Positions 1 to 13,411 of a stretch of 64,000 nucleotides of DNA are shown piece by piece. Made by a program: the position numbers and the translations under genes. The stretch is from Octopus vulgaris (Eukaryota): the NCBI GenBank assembly GCA_951406725.2, contig OX597820.1, forward strand, positions 85,374,001-85,438,000, read 5' to 3'. Below the pieces are notes generated by a model, which saw nothing but the letters and a program-made list of their open reading frames with translations, ran no database searches and was not told where the DNA came from. The first letter of the stretch is position 1; each line of letters begins with the position of its first letter.

Positions 1-35
1 TCATATGTATTAAATCTGTACATCAACCCCAACAC

Positions 36-40
<5 letters not shown>

Positions 41-97
<57 letters not shown>
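41..97. repeat. (AT)n microsatellite
   Basis: Perfect AT dinucleotide run. Confidence 0.95.
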
Positions 98-98
<1 letters not shown>

Positions 99-1065
99 GT
101 GTGTGTGTTTGCTAGTGTCTGCTTTAGCTTTAGGTTTTATTTACTTATATACATCAACAAATGACCTAATGAGGTACTCTCTGTGTGGTTGTTCAATTTG
201 TTAGAAAGAACAGCCAAATCTCCCTCATATTATGTTCTTGTTAGTATAAAGGAAAGGGTAAATTTTTACTACTCTCCACCATTACAATTAAAATTAATAT
301 TTTTGAATTTGTTCGGCTCCATGAATTATTTTTTTGTAATGCTTCTGTCCATTGCTTGATACAGAAAAGTGAAAATCCTGACCAAGACAGAGAAATTCTA
401 ACTTTAAAACAAAGTATAGAAAGAGAAAGAAAAGTTACTGTTTTCCAAAGCTAAAAGGTATGTTTTTAGCTAGGGTATAATTTTATAATTAAAATAAATT
501 CAAAATTTAAATTTCAGAACAATAAGATTTACTATGTTATCTGGTGAAAAGCCGCAGTTCAAATGAGTACAAAGCCTAAAACAAATGTGTGGGGAGAGTC
601 TTTAATAGGCAGAGGTCAATTTAAGTTCAGTCACAGAATGGAATTCAAAGCGGCAACACACGAAATCATATACATACAAACATACCCATACATACACATA
701 CATACACAAATACCTACCTATCAGCCACTGTCAAGTGCCAATTTGATACAAAATTTTGACCACCATTCTTAATATATTTACTCACACACACACATACACA
801 TACACACACGCACGCACACATATACATACACACACATACACATTCAGCTTTTCGCTTTTATTCATTACTTTTTCTACTTTTAATCGTCTGTCACTATTCA
901 TCTAGTTCTAGGTTTTGATTTTTGGGTTTCCCTTTAGCGACACCAGTTACACATGTGAAAATATATACTCGGCAATTTCAAATTAAACTCGTCCTTAGTA
1001 GGTGTGTTTGTTTCATTTGAAGTCACCGAGGAAAAACAATTTGACTTTGAGGTGAATGATGGCGC

Positions 1066-2067
1066 GGATCTTTTCCTTTTGATGGATGGAATTTTCTAGT
1101 TAACTAAACAATTTGAAACTTCGTATACTGGTAGAATGTGTCAAAAGAAAACATTATTGTTAACAAAATTAAAAACAAAATTGTAATTTCTAATTTTAAC
1201 GTAGTTTAATGATTCGAATTTTAACCAATGAAATCCTAGCATTTGAGCTCAAGCCATTTGCTGCGTCTAAAATCTCACACACACACGTCTTATTCATCCT
1301 TGTCTTTTCTGTCTTCTGCATGTGCTAGAAATAACAGCTATATCTCTTAAATCGATGAATTTCGTCGCCCAATAAAAATATTAACGATATTTTTTGAATA
1401 TTTTCTTTCTTTTTTTTTTTACCGAAAAGGCTTCTCCCATGGTTTTGAAGGGCCAGAAACAACAAAAACAAAACAATAATATGCCTAAAGCGGTCTAGAG
1501 TTTGCGCGTAGAGTGTGAGTCGTAATGTAAAAAATTGCGAAATATTTTTTTCAGAAAAAGATGCCCCAGCTTGTCGGAAGCTGTGATATAAATTGGGAAA
1601 AAAATCCTCGACACCAGTGCGTAATTGGTACTTAATTTATCGACCCCGAAACGATGAAACACTGACCCCCCTTCTGATTTATTTACTATGTGCTTAATTA
1701 ATTACTATGTGCTTGTGCAAATGTATATGCATGTGTTTGAGAGAGAGAGAGAGAGAGAGAGAATATGTGTGTGTGCAAGTGTACGTGTCTATGTATCTGA
1801 ATGTGTGTGTGTGTGTATGCGGCATGCGTCTGCTATGTTTCTTTATCGATATCGATAATGCAGCAAATGATTTGAGCTCAAATGCTCGGATTTCATTGGT
1901 TAAAATTCGATGATGCTGGGATTTCATTGGTTAAAATTCGAATCATTAAACTACGTTAAACTTAGAAATTACAATTTTGTTTACAATAATGTTTTCTTTT
2001 GACACATTCTACCAGTATACGAAGTTTCAAATTGTTTAGTTAACTAGAAAATTCCGTCCATCAAAAG
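1066..2067. mobile_element. Non-autonomous fold-back DNA transposon with ~190-bp terminal inverted repeats
   Basis: 1074-1266 (tccttttgatggatggaattttctagttaactaaacaatttgaaacttcgtatactggtagaatgtg...) is the reverse complement of ~1858-2069. The 8-bp direct repeat gatggcgc lies at 1058-1065 and 2068-2075. Confidence 0.85.
1612..1660 (-). mobile_element. Short tRNA-SINE core fragment nested in the fold-back element
   Basis: ccagtgcgtaattggtacttaatttatcgaccccgaaacgatgaaa matches the SINE units at 61425-62022. Confidence 0.8.
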
Positions 2068-3356
2068 GATGGCGCTATTTGTAAGCATGATTCGCACATT
2101 TTAAAAGCCTCCATGTTTCAAATTTTTGTGATGTAGGGTTAAAAAGGATTACTTGTCCATGAAGCTTATCGATCATTTCCCTCTCGGTAAAGTGCCTAGT
2201 TCACAAGTTTACCTGCCAAGTTGGTAGAGCTCAGATCTTTTGAAGCCATTGCCTTTTATACTGTAATCCTAAAATTTACATTTTAATTTTCAAATGCATT
2301 CTATATTTTTCGAGCTACTTTCATATTTGCTTTTAATAGAGGATGCATGATGATCTTACATTGATTTGTACTGTTTGATTTCTCTAGAAATTGTCTATGA
2401 TTCTAGCATGTCGAGTTCTATAAAACCAAATTCTATCACATAAACCATTCCATCTATTTACATGATGTTTCTTATGAACAAGTATTAGTATTTCTTTATG
2501 AAGATGTGTCTGGCGTTGTATGGCTGTACGATATATCTTTCATGGTTTTCGGCGCTATAATCTATCTGTAAGTAACTGCTTATCCACTAGAATTATAATA
2601 TACGTTGCTAAATTAAATTTTACGTAGAGTGAAAAGAGATACGTAAACCACATATTGTAGAAACGCTTTATCATTCTTTGCAGTGGGTAGAATAAAGTGA
2701 GTGCATGTAATTTTCTTTGGAGGTTCCACTATCAACTAAGGCTATATTGTATTAGGGGGCAGCCCAATCAAATAATAACTTTTCCAGGATAGACACTCGA
2801 TCCCCTCGATGATTTTGAATATGAGGTACATCCACAATGATGTTTTATATGAGGTACATCCACAATTTTCTTACAGAAAATTATCTTATAGAACGTTATC
2901 TTATGGAAAGTTAACTTAAAACTTACTATTAAAGACAGCTTAACGCAGAGGAAATGAACGCTTTAAGCGCTGATAGAAATAATAATGAAATTAAAAATAA
3001 ATTTATAAATTCTGAAAGTACTCACAGATCTAAGAAGGATGAAATGAATAACATAACAAATCCCAAATAGGTACCCGTCGTCATCTCCACTAATAATGAT
3101 AACAATAATATTGCTAATTATAATAATATAGATATAATAGTTAACGTGAAGAATGTAACTACCAGTGATAGATATAACCTCAATATTATTAATAATGAAA
3201 ACTATTGCCCAAATAATAGCAATAGGCCAGAGAACAGTAATCCTAATCAGGCGAATCAAGGAAACGATACTATATGGTTAATATTACCATATGCTATAAA
3301 TCAAAAGTAACTTAGTAAAAACAATATTTATTTTTATTTTCACTTTCCCCGACGTA

Positions 3357-3736
3357 CACTACCGTCAGAAATTAATTAGCACCCTTGATTTGCTCTTCAC
3401 TCAAGGTATGTGCTGTCACCTAGTGGCCATATCTCGAACTATTGCTTTGTTGCGAGTTCACTGTTGCGCAGAACGATGGCGTAACTTTGTTTGCAGAGCA
3501 GTTTGAGAGTCTACAGCCTTATGATGTTGACATAGCAGTGCAACAACAACTTGGAGTGCGGATGCAGACAAATCTTCCTTTGTTTAATAGATATAGGTAG
3601 CGCCTCGCAAGGACCGAAATCACACCATACTAAGTTTTTTCATCGCGTAAGACGTTTTGAACAGCTCATAGGTTAATTGATTTAACCTATTTAATGTAGA
3701 AATTTGAGAAGTGCTAATTAATTTCTGACGCAAGTG
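3357..3736. mobile_element. Tc1/mariner-type MITE (380 bp)
   Basis: 26-bp TIRs cactaccgtcagaaattaattagcac (3357-3382) and gtgctaattaatttctgacgcaagtg (3711-3736), 24/26 complementary. TA flanks both sides (3355-56, 3737-38). Confidence 0.85.
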
Positions 3737-5691
3737 TACATATGTTTTAGCATTTCCTAGCCGTGGGACGATCGTGTTACATTTGATGAAATGTAGAAAT
3801 TAAACGATAAACTATTAGTTTTGTTTGGAACCTTTCACCATTGCTAAATTAATTAATGTTAGAAGTGGAATTATGTCTTAATACAAGAATGTAAATACAG
3901 AAGACAGAAATCAACAACGTTGTTTCGATCATAATTCAGCATATTAACAATAATTTATACAAGAATTTACTGTCTTTGAAATATAGAGAATCAAGCGGGA
4001 ACAGAAATATATTTCCCACGATTCGAAACACTACTTACTATCACATAGCAGACCACTTGTCAACTTAAATAAATAGCAGAACAAGAGGTTTCTTAGTATA
4101 ATAATCACACGTAATTGTAATGTAAATAGATTAAATCGCATTTTATATTATTTGAACAAATAATTGTATTTGAAATGTGTTAGCTAATCCTAAATCTATT
4201 TTTGATATTGCTTCACACATGTAAATGATACACATTCACACAGCTAGAAATGTCTGCTTTATATGTGTTTTTTTAAAATTAATTCTTTATTTCTTTGTTA
4301 TTTCACCTTTACTTGTGTCATTCCCTCCTTTTCATTTACCTTTTCCGTGCTACTCTCTTCGCCATGCACTCTTATGTGTACATCCATCCACACATACATA
4401 TATACATACATACATAAACACACCCTTACCCATGTATACATACATATGTTTTCGTGTGTTGCGTATGTGTATTTATATTTTAGTGTGTGTGGGTATGTAT
4501 GTAAACTTGAACGTATATGCGTGCACGTGTCTGTGTGTTTATATGTACAGAAGATTATCCGTGTATAGAATTAATAATGAGAAAATGAAAGTTTGTAATG
4601 TCTATCGTTTTGCATGGTAGAGCACTACATTTAGATTTGGACGACTCGATGTCTGCAGATGTAAGAAATGCGAAGACAATTATCTGATGAATTCTTCCAA
4701 ATACAATCGACAGAAATTTATAATGGTCGAACAAATGTAATATAGCCATGCAAGTGAACAATTTGTCAAGATGGCGTCCGTGTAAATTTTGGTTTTCTAT
4801 TTCGGTCTGCCTAACGAAATATTTATTGCCAACGAATAACAGAGTTTGGAGATGGCTTCGTCAAATTAAAGACTAGCACCATAAAAATAGAAACAACTAT
4901 CGATCTTAATAAATTGATAATTCACAATTCCTTCTAATGGTAAAAAAAAAAGTAAGAATTATAATGAAAACAAATATTATCAAGCTGTGTTACTGATTGC
5001 TCCGAACTGACGTTACAAATATCTGGCATCATTCATTCTTCGTCATCTGAGTTAATATTTTTCTTTCTTTTAGTTTCCGTTTCTCTTTAGTTTGAGAATC
5101 CGTATTGATGTTAGCCGCTGAAAATAGAGTACTTGTTGATGTCAAGTCGACAGATATTTATCAAATTGTTTTACCGTATTAATATATTGATTTTACATTG
5201 TGCATATATTTTGAGGTACATGCATATTTATGGTTCACCATTCAAAGCGTAAGGTTTTCAACACTGTTTGTTGCCTCGATCTTTCAGAGAAGTGTTTGAG
5301 TCGAGTGTATTATACGATAGACTAGAATAGATCGATGCCTTATGGGTGAATTTTCTTCTGCAAAAACTGTGGAAATTTTTTGAAGAAGTTATTCCTGCTT
5401 TTTTCTGAGGTAGATTTTATCCGTTTCAGGAGTTAACACTGCTAAAGAAAAACAAATACAATATCACAACGCTCAGTTTTAAAAATAAATGTTTGCATCA
5501 AAATAATTGTATAACAACAGCGATGTTCAAATCTTTCGAAATAAACGGGAAACTGAAGAATATCGTATATATACACATGTATGTATATATATATATGTAT
5601 TTATGCATGTATATACACATAGGGTATTCATGTAAGTGCGTGTGTGTCTGTGCGCGCGCGCGTGTATGTGTGTATGTGTATATGTATATAA

Positions 5692-5835
5692 CTGGCACTC
5701 CGTCGGTTACGACAACGAGGGTTCAGCTTGATCCAATCAACAGGACAGCTTACTCGTGAAATTAACGTGGAAGTGGCTCAGCAGTACACAGACCCACGTA
5801 CTGTTAACATAGTTCTCAGAGAGATTCAGTGTGAC
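5692..5835 (-). mobile_element. 3' part of a CORE-type tRNA SINE (same family as 59051-59350)
   Basis: Reverse complement aligns by eye with 59208-59350 (gtcacgctgaatctccctgagaactacgtt...gagtgc). Confidence 0.8.
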
Positions 5836-6389
5836 TCACATACTCATACACACATACTCATATAATCACATACTCATACATATATACATATATATACATG
5901 CATACATGTACACATGCATACACACATACACGCACATACACACGAATATGTACACATGCACGCATTATTATGCTCATATACAGATCTCTACACGCAGACA
6001 CATACACATATACATGCATAAAAGTATATATATATACACAAATATGAAAATACATACACAGCTACGTATATATGTATGTATAACTTCATCTTCACATAGA
6101 GAAATGTTTACATTTATCTTAGAACTCACATAAATAAAAATACTCGTATAGACATGTCCATGACAGTCACTCTTAAGCAAGCGGATACAGTCTTACACTC
6201 GTATACATACATACATCCGTACACATAAGCACATGCACATGCACACACATACAAGATATATGCTTATACAAACAAATACATAAACAAATATATAAAAATA
6301 TTTAAGAAATGCTAAGCCACATGAAAGGCCAGTACATGGACACAAAATAAATAGCAGGTTCTATCTGTGATCTTGTGGGACCCAAAAAG

Positions 6390-6598
6390 GTAAGACGTAT
6401 TTTGTCAAACGTGGACATGAACCAAAAAGTTCAGTTCTTGAATTTAGACATGTAGTGCGGTCTAAAGAACTGAGCCATCTTTCCATATTGCAAAGGCCTC
6501 ACTTTCCACTGCCGTTGATGTAAGGTTTATACTTGGCCAAGATCTTCCAGTAAATATTATACCCGACGCCTTGTTATTTTAGGGACCATATATAACTG
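6390..6598 (-). mobile_element. Inverted copy of the 3' end of a Penelope-like element (GIY-YIG C-terminus)
   Basis: Reverse complement of ~6495-6598 aligns with 7308-7410. It continues into a GLCNME...LNSRTELFGSCPRLTKY-like PLE C-terminal peptide. Confidence 0.75.
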
Positions 6599-7410
6599 GT
6601 TGTCAATTTCCATGATGTATCTCTAGATTTAAATAAAGATATTTACAAACCCTATAGAAAGCCCAACGATAGACTTGCTTATATTAATGCAGGTTCCTGC
6701 CACCCCACCAAATAGTGTTTAAGAATGTAGTTAAAAATATTAGAAGGAAAATCTCCAACCTCTCCTCCGATATAAACATATTTAATAATGCTACCGTAAT
6801 ATATAATAAAGCTCTAAAGATAGTGGTTTTAGGGAAGAAATAACTTATACACCTGTCATTAGTTTAGAAATAAAGGAAAGAAAACATAAGACTAGGAAAA
6901 GTATCTGGTTCACAGCTCCTTACTCCCCCTAAGTTACCTTTAATATAGGTTGATATTTCTTATCACATATAGATGTGCATTTTCCAATCAATAATAACTA
7001 CAAGTAGCTCTTTAACAGACATAACCTAAAATTTGGTTTTAGTTCAACGACAAATATTAAAAATATGATTACACACAATACACAAAAACAACAACATGAA
7101 GCCGGCTGTTCTTGCAGAGATAAAGACATGTGCCCGCTAAATGGAGCTTGTATGACCGAGACCATCATTTATGAAACCACCGTAGAATCTACGACCGCTA
7201 AGGACACAGTTACGTCAGTGGGTCTCACAGAAGGAAATTTAAAAGCAAGGCTCAATAACAACACCTTACGCATCAGACAGTGGTATAAACGAATAACGAC
7301 CAAATTATCTAGTTATATATGATCCTTAAAAGAACAAGGTGTCAGCTATAAGATTCACTGAAAGATCTTGGCCAAGTGTTAACTTACAGCCACGGAAGTG
7401 GAAAGTGCAG
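6599..7410 (+). mobile_element. Decayed Penelope-like retroelement (RT thumb, Cys-rich linker, GIY-YIG endonuclease; Neptune-like)
   Basis: Translates with stops/frameshifts to VNFHDVSLDLNKDIYKPYRKPNDRLAYINAGSCHP...SIWFTAPYS...CSCRDKDMCPLNGACMTETIIYETTV...VGLTEGNLKARLNN...TKLSSYI, all typical PLE motifs. Confidence 0.85.
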
Positions 7411-7541
7411 CATCAATTACAACTTTTATACTTTTATACCAATTATGATTAAGACCAACGTCGAAAATTAACTTACATTTCCTTGATTATTTCAGAGTTT
7501 TATAGAAAAAGATGTTGTAGATTCAGTTAATAAACTGTAAA

Positions 7542-7804
7542 ATGCCTAAAACAAGGGAGTTGGGTAATTGTGTCAAATCATTGCTCATTATTAAGGCGGA
7601 ATGTCTCAAAGGGAAATTGTCCAGAAGATGAAATGTTCTCAATGTGTGATGCAAACGACTCTTAAGCGCTTCAGAGAGTCAAAAGATGTGAACACAATAC
7701 AAAGAACAGGTAGAAAAAAGGGTACACCACCTCGTAATGACAAATCCATCACCCGTCAGTCGCTCAGAAACAGGAGAAAAACATCGTCGGAGCTCAGGAA
7801 GTAA
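7542..7804 (+). mobile_element. Tc1-family transposase N-terminal (paired-like HTH) fragment, frameshifted
   Basis: MPKTREL... then SQREIVQKMKCSQCVMQTTLKRFRESKDVNTIQRTGRKKGTPPRNDKSITRQSLRNRRKTSSEL, matching the Tc1 HTH plus GRPK-like linker. Confidence 0.8.
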
Positions 7805-9068
7805 GTGCAAAATATAACTAAGTTATTCGATTCTCGACTAAAGAAAGTACTTGTTGGTAACGGAAGTTATTCGTTTCATATAATTTAGTGAAAGAACTAT
7901 ACACTATTGGGCTTCATGCAAATGTTTCTCTTTTGAAAATTACATTTCGTAAATTGATCTTAGCCTAAAATGTGTTACTCTTATTTATTTTATTTTTGTT
8001 TGTCGTTGATATTTCAGAATCCTTGAGTTTTAAGAATTTCACCTTCAAATATTCGCAATAAAATTGCAAAAAATTATCAGTTGAGTATGCATTAGAGAAT
8101 CATATGATATTAAAGTTATGCAAATTCCATTTCAATATGCGTATTTAAAGATTTCATTGCAAGGTGGCAAATATATGATTCGTCTTCAATATCTAGAGTT
8201 TATCCACACGTTTGGTATTTATAAAGAAAAGGATCATTTCTATATTTCGTTTATCAAATTATCCTGCCATAAAATATAATGGTGTCTTATGGCACTTGCC
8301 AATAAACAAGTCCATGTTATCAAATAAATTACATTTTTTATAATCAACATTCTTAAAATATTAAGTAATTTTACAAGTTATATCTAACATGTGGATAATT
8401 GTACATATCGAAAAGAATATTTCATATAAAGCTGAAAATAACAGCATGGAGATATTGGTTGAAAACCCTTTATGGAAAGCAGCTTTCAAATATTTCTATC
8501 CAAAATGTGTTTTTGCATCCAAACTCAGCAAACTCTTATTTATAGTTGTATACATATTACAAGGTCCAGTTCTAAAAAAGTATTATATCCAAACTTCAGT
8601 GTTTGCATGTGTGTGCGGGCACGTGTATGGGCATGTGTGTGTGTGTTTATGAATAAATGCATACAGGTAAAAGAAATCGTTGATGGATTCACAGTAAGAA
8701 TTTTCAGCGAATATTTCGCTCAAAATACTCGGTATTTTTGTCCTCATCGAAAAGAAATGGCTTGGAGCTTTCTAAATTACATTTCTCAACAAACCTTGCC
8801 TAAAATATCATTTAGTTTCGGCGACACAAATAGTAAATAATATTTACGAGAATACAACTGCAGTATATTCGGAAGCATTATTGATTAGTAATTGGATGGT
8901 TGAGGTTACGTACGACTCTATTATCATATGTAAGGCAATATATTATTCATGACAGTAGGGTATAAAATAAGTGAGCGATTGTTGCTATATCCAGAAGAGG
9001 AAATATAAAAGGATAACCTTTAAAATTGTATTTCCTTCTAATCTTTGCTTTACTTTCGCTTAGGTCCA

Positions 9069-9070
<2 letters not shown>

Positions 9071-9142
<72 letters not shown>
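9071..9142. repeat. (AT)n microsatellite
   Basis: Perfect run. Confidence 0.95.
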
Positions 9143-9144
<2 letters not shown>

Positions 9145-9378
9145 ATGGATTTTACGTACGGTAATATACAAATATATATTAGAGGACAAATAACATTTGG
9201 CATTATCCGAGAAACGATGTTTATAAGCATATTGATATAAATAAGAATTACAGATATTCAGGGCATGGCAGAAAATTTTGTCTACACTAAAGGGCAGAAA
9301 GCATATATGCATAGACGCATTCCCGCGCGCAGAAGCAACGACATGCACATGTATATGTACACACACACACACACACAC

Positions 9379-9438
<60 letters not shown>

Positions 9439-10029
9439 AAAATTGTTGCTGAGTGCATAATAGTAAAATTCGGATAAAAGACATGCAAAATAGAAGACCC
9501 TAAATCGAATTGTTTACAAATTAAACGATTAAAATAGGTTTATAAAATGCAATAAAATAAAAGCAGAATCTTAAACAAGAAAATGATATGTGTATATAAC
9601 AGTCGAAGGTTTTCCTTAAGAAATATGTCTAAATATATACAATAACTTTGCGATGCGGAATAAATTATGCATAGTAAGAAACAAATCCAACAGTGTGGTT
9701 AGAAACTAGTCCAAGATTCAAAAATATACGCTATCCATGTGGTATACTGCTAGCCGACATTTTAAATTTTAAAATCGTAGGTAATCGTTTTATTTTGTAT
9801 ATTTTTCACATGCCTCCCAAATTTTTTACATTTTGGCGTTTGCTGTTTTTTTTTTTTTTTCATGAGAACACACTATTTGTGGTGAGGCGATTTGACGTAT
9901 CTCTCTCTAGCGAATAGGATTCCGCTTTAATTGTTATATAATTTGTAAATCTTCGGATGATTTTTTTGAATATGCTAGACCGCTGGTTTAAATTGATGTT
10001 GATTGATATCAATTTAAATAGAAATATTT

Positions 10030-10085
<56 letters not shown>

Positions 10086-10102
10086 ATATGTAGGTATGTA
10101 TG

Positions 10103-10133
<31 letters not shown>

Positions 10134-10269
10134 GTATGTATGTATATACATATATATACACATATGTATATAAATCTGACCTTCTACGAAGCAGAATGGT
10201 AATCTATCCCAAAAGAGATGCTGAGGCATAAATATATGAAAATACATACGTACATACATACATGCTTGG

Positions 10270-10428
<159 letters not shown>

Positions 10429-10439
10429 TATGTATGGGA

Positions 10440-10578
10440 TTTTTTTGCGTAATAAAATTTAAAAAACCAAGGCTATTTAGATTTTAGAGCATTTATAGAT
10501 AGAAGGTCTTACTGCTGTTTCTAGGATATTAAATAATAATTTGAAAACGTGAGTGTATAACATCGCATGTATCAGTGT
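10440..10578 (-). mobile_element. PLE terminal-repeat fragment with decayed hammerhead motif
   Basis: Minus strand ...atatcctaGAAAcagcagTAagacc...tagccttggttttttaa matches the terminus at 43827-43900. The CUGAUGA box is degraded (ctgatac). Confidence 0.6.
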
Positions 10579-11326
10579 GAATATAGAATTATGTGTTGCA
10601 TTGTTGAATCCTCTCCCCACTCTATCGCACTTCTCTCTCATGCATTCTTAAATTTTCATTTTGTTTACCCTCTTTTCTGATGTAATGACCATATGGTACT
10701 CAATATGCATTCTAGAGTATACAAGGGCTTGTCAGTTTTTTCATGTAATGTTCCTGGTAATACAGAGAAATTGATTTACTTTATTGTGTTGCGATATAAG
10801 GCCAACCAGTATACAGAATAATAACCTTTGACAATTGAAGTAAGTATATATGATAAAAAGCTGCTTACGTTCTCTTGTTTCTTTTGATTCTTTATTGTGG
10901 CTTGGATTGTGCACACTAGAATGCCTGGATGATTATTGTAAACAGAGTTGAGCATACAAGTGTGGTGTGCAATAGAAATGTCGTTCACAAGAATTTTGAT
11001 AGCATGTCTAGCAAATTGCGGCGCACCTTTTACAGAATGTACGTATGTATGTGTGACTGTTTGAGTGTATGTGTACGTGCGTGCATGAGTGTGTGTGTAT
11101 ATATGCATATAAATATGTACGTATAGATGTATAAATATATATGTGTATACATATATGTAGATATATGTGTAAGTAATGTACAAATATATAGATACGCATG
11201 CATATAAATATGCATATATGTATGTATATTCATATACTTAGAAGGAAAATAAGACAAGGTAGAAGAGGAAGCACATTTTAGTACCGGTTTCCGACTCATA
11301 CATACATACATACATACATACATACA

Positions 11327-11359
<33 letters not shown>

Positions 11360-12300
11360 GCATGCACATATATTTCTTACTATTATACATTTTCCGTTTC
11401 CATTTTACAATTAAGGCCTGGCTTAATATATGCGAGAATGCATTAATTTCATTCTTTACGTTTTTGCGTCAGTTTTGTTAGATAAAGCTAAGACCAGAGT
11501 AGGTGATTAAGTGGAAATAGATTTATGGCAAAATAAGTGAGTCACAATATTGATCCTTAGCATAAAATATTGCATATATTGATATTCTGTACTGGTATAC
11601 GCATAATCAGAATATTCTATTATATATAAAATGCCGTGTTCACATATTTTTGTAGTGTATACTTTTTTACATGAAAGGCATATCATTATCTCATTAAATA
11701 TATATCTTGTTATTTAAACAGTTTGACTGTCGTGCATCTTTAATAAATGTGCAATGGAGGATGGTATTTATATATTTCAACCCACCGCATGTGAGTGTGT
11801 GTTTGTATATATTCATATACATCTGTGTGCATGTGTGTCTATATATATTATGTACAGCATACATGAATTTATATATGAATGTATATGTCGTTGCTATTAT
11901 TTTAAAATGTCGTATTTAAAACGTCCAAATTTTCCCAAATGCGTTCTTTTTTTCAATATTTAATTATGCTTGCAAAAGCGGGTTCTCTTGGTCAAACTAC
12001 CGTATCTCCAGCTGCTTCAGACGAAAATTATCAAAGTGTAGTTGAAAGGTTTAGCATTCTTCAAAAGTTTAATAAGTCTCACATATGACAGTTTTGCAAA
12101 AATATTTCTAACTGAAAATATCATATGTGCATGGAGTTACGATTTTATGCACCCAGCAAAGTATTATTGTTATGTTCAAACTGTTGCTAATGTAAAAAGA
12201 AATTGAATGGTCAAATTATTTTTCCGTTTTCTGAAAATGCAACGTTTTGGACTAACGACACATTTGCATAAGCATGATAGCAACGATATGTATATACTGT

Positions 12301-12504
12301 TCTACTCTAGACACAAGGCCCGAAATTTTTTGGTGAGAGGAGCCAGTCGATTAGATCGACCCCAGAACGCAAAGAGTACTTAATTTATCGACCCGAAAGG
12401 ATGAAAGTAAAAACTGACCTCTGCGGAATTTGAACGCAGAACTTAAAGACAGACAAAATACCGCTAAGCATTTCGCCTGGCGCGCTAACGCATTTCGCCG
12501 CCTT
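12301..12504 (-). mobile_element. tRNA-derived SINE (family of 61226-62024)
   Basis: Minus strand begins aaggcggcg, has a B-box-like gcgttcaaattcc, then the ttcatcctttcgggtcgataaattaagtac core and a ccttgtg tail. Confidence 0.85.
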
Positions 12505-13145
12505 CACAACGATGTGTATATGGTTTGCCCGCCAAGTCAGAGGGATGATATCATTCGAAGGCTACAATGCAAACAAGCAAGCGCATGATGACCAGTGGAG
12601 TACAATTGCATCCTATATTCTGGTTGATGCAGCGGTGGACATATACATATATATATATATATATATATATGCATATGTATATATATACTTATATATATAT
12701 ATATACACATATATATATATATATATATACTTATATAGAAACACTCACAACTTCATCAAGTCCAAACGAAATTAACTCAACCAACCCATAAATTGTTAAA
12801 TAATATACTTAAAATTTATATTCATAATCTCCAAATTTTCTTATTTCGGACTACACGTGTTTCATGAGGGGACGTATGGTATTGTTAAGACAAAAAGGAG
12901 TAGCTATATTTATAAATGTGGGGAAAGTAGACCTGACGATTGGGAGTGCGTAAACATCATGAGTTTTGGAATGACACTTTGTGTTTTAACAAAATGCTAG
13001 CAAAGTGTTAAAATGGAACTAATCTCTTCAAAAGACAAAGTAAAATTACTACCTGATTTTATAGGAAGTTGATGCATGTAGTTTATTCTGTCTCGGTCTG
13101 ACTTTACTTCACACAATTGAAAAAACCGCATTACTTATGGGATGA

Positions 13146-13193
<48 letters not shown>

Positions 13194-13344
13194 TATTGCC
13201 ATAAATAGTATTATTTTCTAACTAAATAAATGGTAGAATAATAAATAGAAAATAGTGGTACAATAATATTTATGATTTTTATACAAAACTTTTTCGCTGA
13301 TCTAGATTCTATATACAGCTCTTAAGGTTAGACTTTCAACCGAA

Positions 13345-13411
13345 TAGCTGACGAGGACTAACTGAATTTACGATAATAGGCGTATTAGGAGAGTCCGAAT
13401 CTCGAGTACTA
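13345..13411 (+). ncRNA. Minimal type-I hammerhead ribozyme motif with one core substitution
   Basis: tag-CTGACGA-ggact...agtcc-GAAt-ctcgag-TA-cta. Stem I tag/cta, stem II ggact/agtcc, palindromic stem III; GAAA is changed to GAAT. Confidence 0.7.

Noticed and set aside
2820-2866. Direct repeat tatgaggtacatccacaat x2
   Set aside because: An ordinary small tandem duplication with no further structure.
4683-4720. CTGATGA...GAAA as a hammerhead (also at ~13943, 28738, 52280, 52606)
   Set aside because: No stem I/II pairing or palindromic stem III; some lie inside transposon coding remnants.
4767-4780. caagatggcg YY1-like/start motif
   Set aside because: It is followed by an immediate stop (MASV*), with no CpG-rich promoter context.
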